DNA of 20,935 nucleotides, from contig JARRQT010000188.1 of the NCBI GenBank assembly GCA_037381445.1, positions 1 to 20,935 on the forward strand. Direction: 5' to 3'. Source of the stretch: Calditrichia bacterium (lineage in GTDB: Bacteria > Calditrichota > Calditrichia > RBG-13-44-9). A program made the position numbers and the translations under genes. Numbering within the stretch: the first letter of the stretch is position 1; every line of letters begins with the position of its first letter. Shown piece by piece: positions 18,109 to 20,935 of the stretch. The notes beneath the pieces are model-generated. The model searched no databases, was not told where the DNA came from, and saw nothing but the letters and a program-made list of their open reading frames with translations.

Positions 18109-19530
18109 TCAGGGTTTGTCTTTCGGAGAAGATTTCTGTTTGTCAATAATAACCTGGAGGTCCTCTATTTTCCGGCCATAACGGGGATTCTCAGGATCCT
18201 TCTCCAGCAACTGTTTGAAGACGTCAATGGCTTCTTCAAAACGCCCCTGGGCAATGTAGATCTCACCAAGGGTCGGAGACAAGATCGGCGGGCGGCTGGA
18301 ACGTGAACCCTCCGGTTGTTGTGGCACCTCAGTCTCAGGTTCTTCCGCTTCTTCTTCCGGCGCTGCTTCTTCCGCTTCCTCTGTTTCAGGGAGAAAATCG
18401 GGTTCATCCGGTTCCTTCCGGGCGCTGATTTCCTTTTCTTCCATTTCCGTTTCGACATCCTCAGATTCCGGTGTTTCGGAGATGGTGTCTCTCAGAATGT
18501 ATTCCTGTTCGGACTCATCCCCCAATTCTTCCGGCGCTTCCTGCAGTTCTTCAGATTCTTCCAGCTCATGTTCCTCCTCCAGCAGTTCCTCGTCCTCACT
18601 CTCAACCTCGTTTTCCCTTTCAGATATCAAATCGGATACAACCGCACTGAAATCCATCGGCTCTTCCTCAATAAACTCTTCCGGGAATTCCTTTTCCTCA
18701 AGCTCCGTGCCTTCCTCCGTTTCGGCCTCATCCAATTCCATAAGTTCGCTTCCATCCTCCGATTCTGCAGCGGCTTCTTCATCAGAAGATTCTTCCTCTT
18801 TTTCATATTCTTTGAAAAATGAATCAAAGGCATTCGAAAACTCATCCCGGTCCAGAATCGTCTCTTCACCCAGCGTATCTTCTTTTGGCTGCGCCTCCGG
18901 TTCTTCCGAGACATCGGGTTCGGGCTCACTTTTATCTTCCTTCTTGGAGACGTCTTCCATTGTTTCTTTAAAAACCTCATCCAGGGTTTTCTGAAAGTCA
19001 GTATCTTCCTCGGGGATTCCGGTGCTGTCGAGTAGATTTTCGATTTCTTCTTCACTTAAATCTTCCACTTCTGCCCCGGTCTGCTCTTCAAATTCCACAG
19101 GTTCTGTTTCGGGTGCAGGGGCATGTTGTACAAGGTCTTCACCGAAAAACCTCTCGCCGGCCTCATGGTTGAATATGTCGTTTAGATATGCCCTCAGGTA
19201 GTCTTCCTTTGCCAGTGTCATTAAGTTCAGATGCTCATTAATCTCCCCCAGTAGTTTCCATGCCTTCGGGGCGGCCGGATCAAGGGCCAGGGAAATTTCC
19301 AACTCATGTTTGGCGTCGGAATAATTTTTCATATGATAGTTCGCCAAACCAAGGATATAATGGCCGAATGGAAAAGCAGGATTCTTTTGCAAGCCAGCCT
19401 GGCATATTTCAGCCGCCCGCTCATATTCTCCCTTTTCCAGTAGTCGCGAGGAATAAACTGCAAAAATAACGGAAGTTGGATTGGACTCATAGAAATTTTC
19501 AAGTTTCTTTAAATCCAGAAAATGGGCCAT
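18109..19530 (-). CDS. Tetratricopeptide-repeat protein with a long acidic low-complexity linker
   Basis: N-terminal TPR-like helices (GHYILGLANY, AWKLLGEI), an E/D-rich middle, and a C-terminal TPR (SPTLGEIYIAQGRFEEAIDVFKQLL). Confidence 0.85.
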   Translation of the reverse strand: MAHFLDLKKLENFYESNPTSVIFAVYSSRLLEKGEYERAAEICQAGLQKNPAFPFGHYILGLANYHMKNYSDAKHELEISLALDPAAPKAWKLLGEINEHLNLMTLAKEDYLRAYLNDIFNHEAGERFFGEDLVQHAPAPETEPVEFEEQTGAEVEDLSEEEIENLLDSTGIPEEDTDFQKTLDEVFKETMEDVSKKEDKSEPEPDVSEEPEAQPKEDTLGEETILDRDEFSNAFDSFFKEYEKEEESSDEEAAAESEDGSELMELDEAETEEGTELEEKEFPEEFIEEEPMDFSAVVSDLISERENEVESEDEELLEEEHELEESEELQEAPEELGDESEQEYILRDTISETPESEDVETEMEEKEISARKEPDEPDFLPETEEAEEAAPEEEAEEPETEVPQQPEGSRSSRPPILSPTLGEIYIAQGRFEEAIDVFKQLLEKDPENPRYGRKIEDLQVIIDKQKSSPKDKP

Positions 19531-19602
19531 CTTTTCCCCTTTGAAATTATTTTGTCAGTCTTGTATAATTTATAACAGATGGATTTAAATTAAAAACATT
19601 TT

Positions 19603-20103
19603 TTACCATGCTGCAATGGTATTATTGATAATATCATCAACAATCTGATCAATGTCATCGGATATGGCCGTATCGATGTCAGTCCGGAGTGCTGCCCCCG
19701 GGATAACACTAAATCTGGAAAGTGTGCTGCCCCACAATGGTTTATTGATATGGGTATTCAAACATTCTGCTTTAATATTCACAACCATCTGATATTCCTG
19801 AACCTGCTCCTGCTGCGTGATGCTGACCGGTCTGCGATCGATAGATGTGATAGCACCGCTAAGCACCAGATCCGCATCTTTCTCGTTGTTTATGACCGTC
19901 AGTGAATTGTCTTTGATAAATGCTTCGGTCACTTTCTGCATAAATTCCTGCTGGACGCCCGGGTAGGCGGTCTCATTTTCAAAATCCGCGATATAGATTG
20001 TTTTCAGATATGAAGGCAGCGCTCCCTTGAATGAATAACGCACGCACGAAAATGACCATGAAAGTGCCAGCAGTAGGATAATAAAAAATTTATTGAATGT
20101 CAT
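19603..20103 (-). CDS. lptE: LptE-family LPS-assembly lipoprotein
   Basis: Signal peptide ending in SFS-C, then [25 protein letters not shown] and a C-terminal W. Position after the sigma54 activator matches the gene order I recall in FCB-group genomes. Confidence 0.75.
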   Translation of the reverse strand: MTFNKFFIILLLALSWSFSCVRYSFKGALPSYLKTIYIADFENETAYPGVQQEFMQKVTEAFIKDNSLTVINNEKDADLVLSGAITSIDRRPVSITQQEQVQEYQMVVNIKAECLNTHINKPLWGSTLSRFSVIPGAALRTDIDTAISDDIDQIVDDIINNTIAAW

Positions 20104-20935
20104 AGTCCTTGAGTTTCCGGTATAAAGTTCTTTCGCTTATCTGCAATGCCTGAGCGGCCTTTCTTTTATTTCCATGGTATTTTAGGAGAGCCCTTTTTAT
20201 CATTTGCTTTTCCATTTCCTCAATCGGCTGAATATCTTCATGAAAGACAATATCTTCAACCTCACCATGCACCGTTTGGTTATTTATATTTTGATTTAAA
20301 TTCAGAAGGATTTCTTTCATTTCGCGCACCTCCACACCCAGAGAGAGCAGCGCTTTATAAATAAGTTCGCGTTCCGTTTGATCCACACTTTTATGGACGG
20401 GAAGAGGCAAAAACGAATTTGAGTCTGGAATCTCCTTGTAATGAATCAAATGTTCTTTTGCCAAATCAGCGCTAATTTTTTTGCCTCCAGACAGGATTAT
20501 CACCGAGTCCACAAAATTTTTTAATTCCCTGATGTTGCCCGGCCAGTCATAGTCCTCTATTATTTCCAGCGCTTCATCGGCGAATCCGGCGAATTCAATT
20601 CTATTTTCTGAGAGGGTCTGGCGAATAAAGTAATCCAGTAACAGAGGGATGTCCTCCCGACGCTGACGAAGCGGGGGCACAAAAATAGTAACAGCCTTTA
20701 GACGGTAGTATAAATCCTTGCGAAACTGGCCAAGCTTGACCATTTCTCCCAAATCCCGGTTGGTCGCGGCAAGAATGCGGACATCTACTTTACGAAGATC
20801 GCCGCTTCCCACCCGCATAAATTCACCGCTCTCCAGCACCCGCAGCAATTTCACCTGGGTCTGCACAGGCGTTTCCCCTATCTCATCCAGAAAAATAGTA
20901 CCGCCGTCCGCCAATTCGAAATAACCCTTTTTCGT
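20090..20935 (-). CDS. Sigma54-dependent transcriptional activator (AAA+ and Fis HTH), 5' part beyond the window edge
   Basis: [56 protein letters not shown], and [24 protein letters not shown]. Frame is open to the window end. Overlaps lptE by 14 nt. Confidence 0.95.
   Translation of the reverse strand, partial: TKKGYFELADGGTIFLDEIGETPVQTQVKLLRVLESGEFMRVGSGDLRKVDVRILAATNRDLGEMVKLGQFRKDLYYRLKAVTIFVPPLRQRREDIPLLLDYFIRQTLSENRIEFAGFADEALEIIEDYDWPGNIRELKNFVDSVIILSGGKKISADLAKEHLIHYKEIPDSNSFLPLPVHKSVDQTERELIYKALLSLGVEVREMKEILLNLNQNINNQTVHGEVEDIVFHEDIQPIEEMEKQMIKRALLKYHGNKRKAAQALQISERTLYRKLKDYDIQ

Noticed and set aside
18165..19055. Ser-, Phe- and Lys/Arg-rich alternative ORFs
   Set aside because: By-products of the GAA/GAG-rich acidic linker read in other frames.

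Overview
Bacterial chromosomal window. The sigma54-regulator/lptE/TPR gene order and a protease with a Por/FlgD-type C-terminal domain suggest an FCB-related lineage such as Calditrichota (inference). The left 12.7 kb is a compact locus bounded by two different glutamate dehydrogenases: an NADP-type gdhA (475-1827, -) and a second GDH of the other subfamily (11444-12730, -). Between them are three paralogous PEP-synthase/PPDK-like ATP-grasp proteins. All three lack the PEP/pyruvate-binding barrel and share a C-terminal GRWG...SxG[ST]HFF domain. One has receiver domains, one has a GAF-like sensor plus a C-terminal nucleotidyltransferase domain, and one is the bare core. A frameshifted calcineurin-like phosphoesterase lies among them. 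This is the best candidate for an undescribed system: a GDH-linked dikinase-type signalling or protein-modification module. The right part holds coaE (Walker A Lys replaced by Gln), a large S8 protease that appears to lack its N-terminus, an acidic TPR protein, an LptE-like lipoprotein and a partial sigma54-dependent activator. A candidate sigma28-dependent small RNA with an anti-Shine-Dalgarno segment lies at about 82-175 (-).
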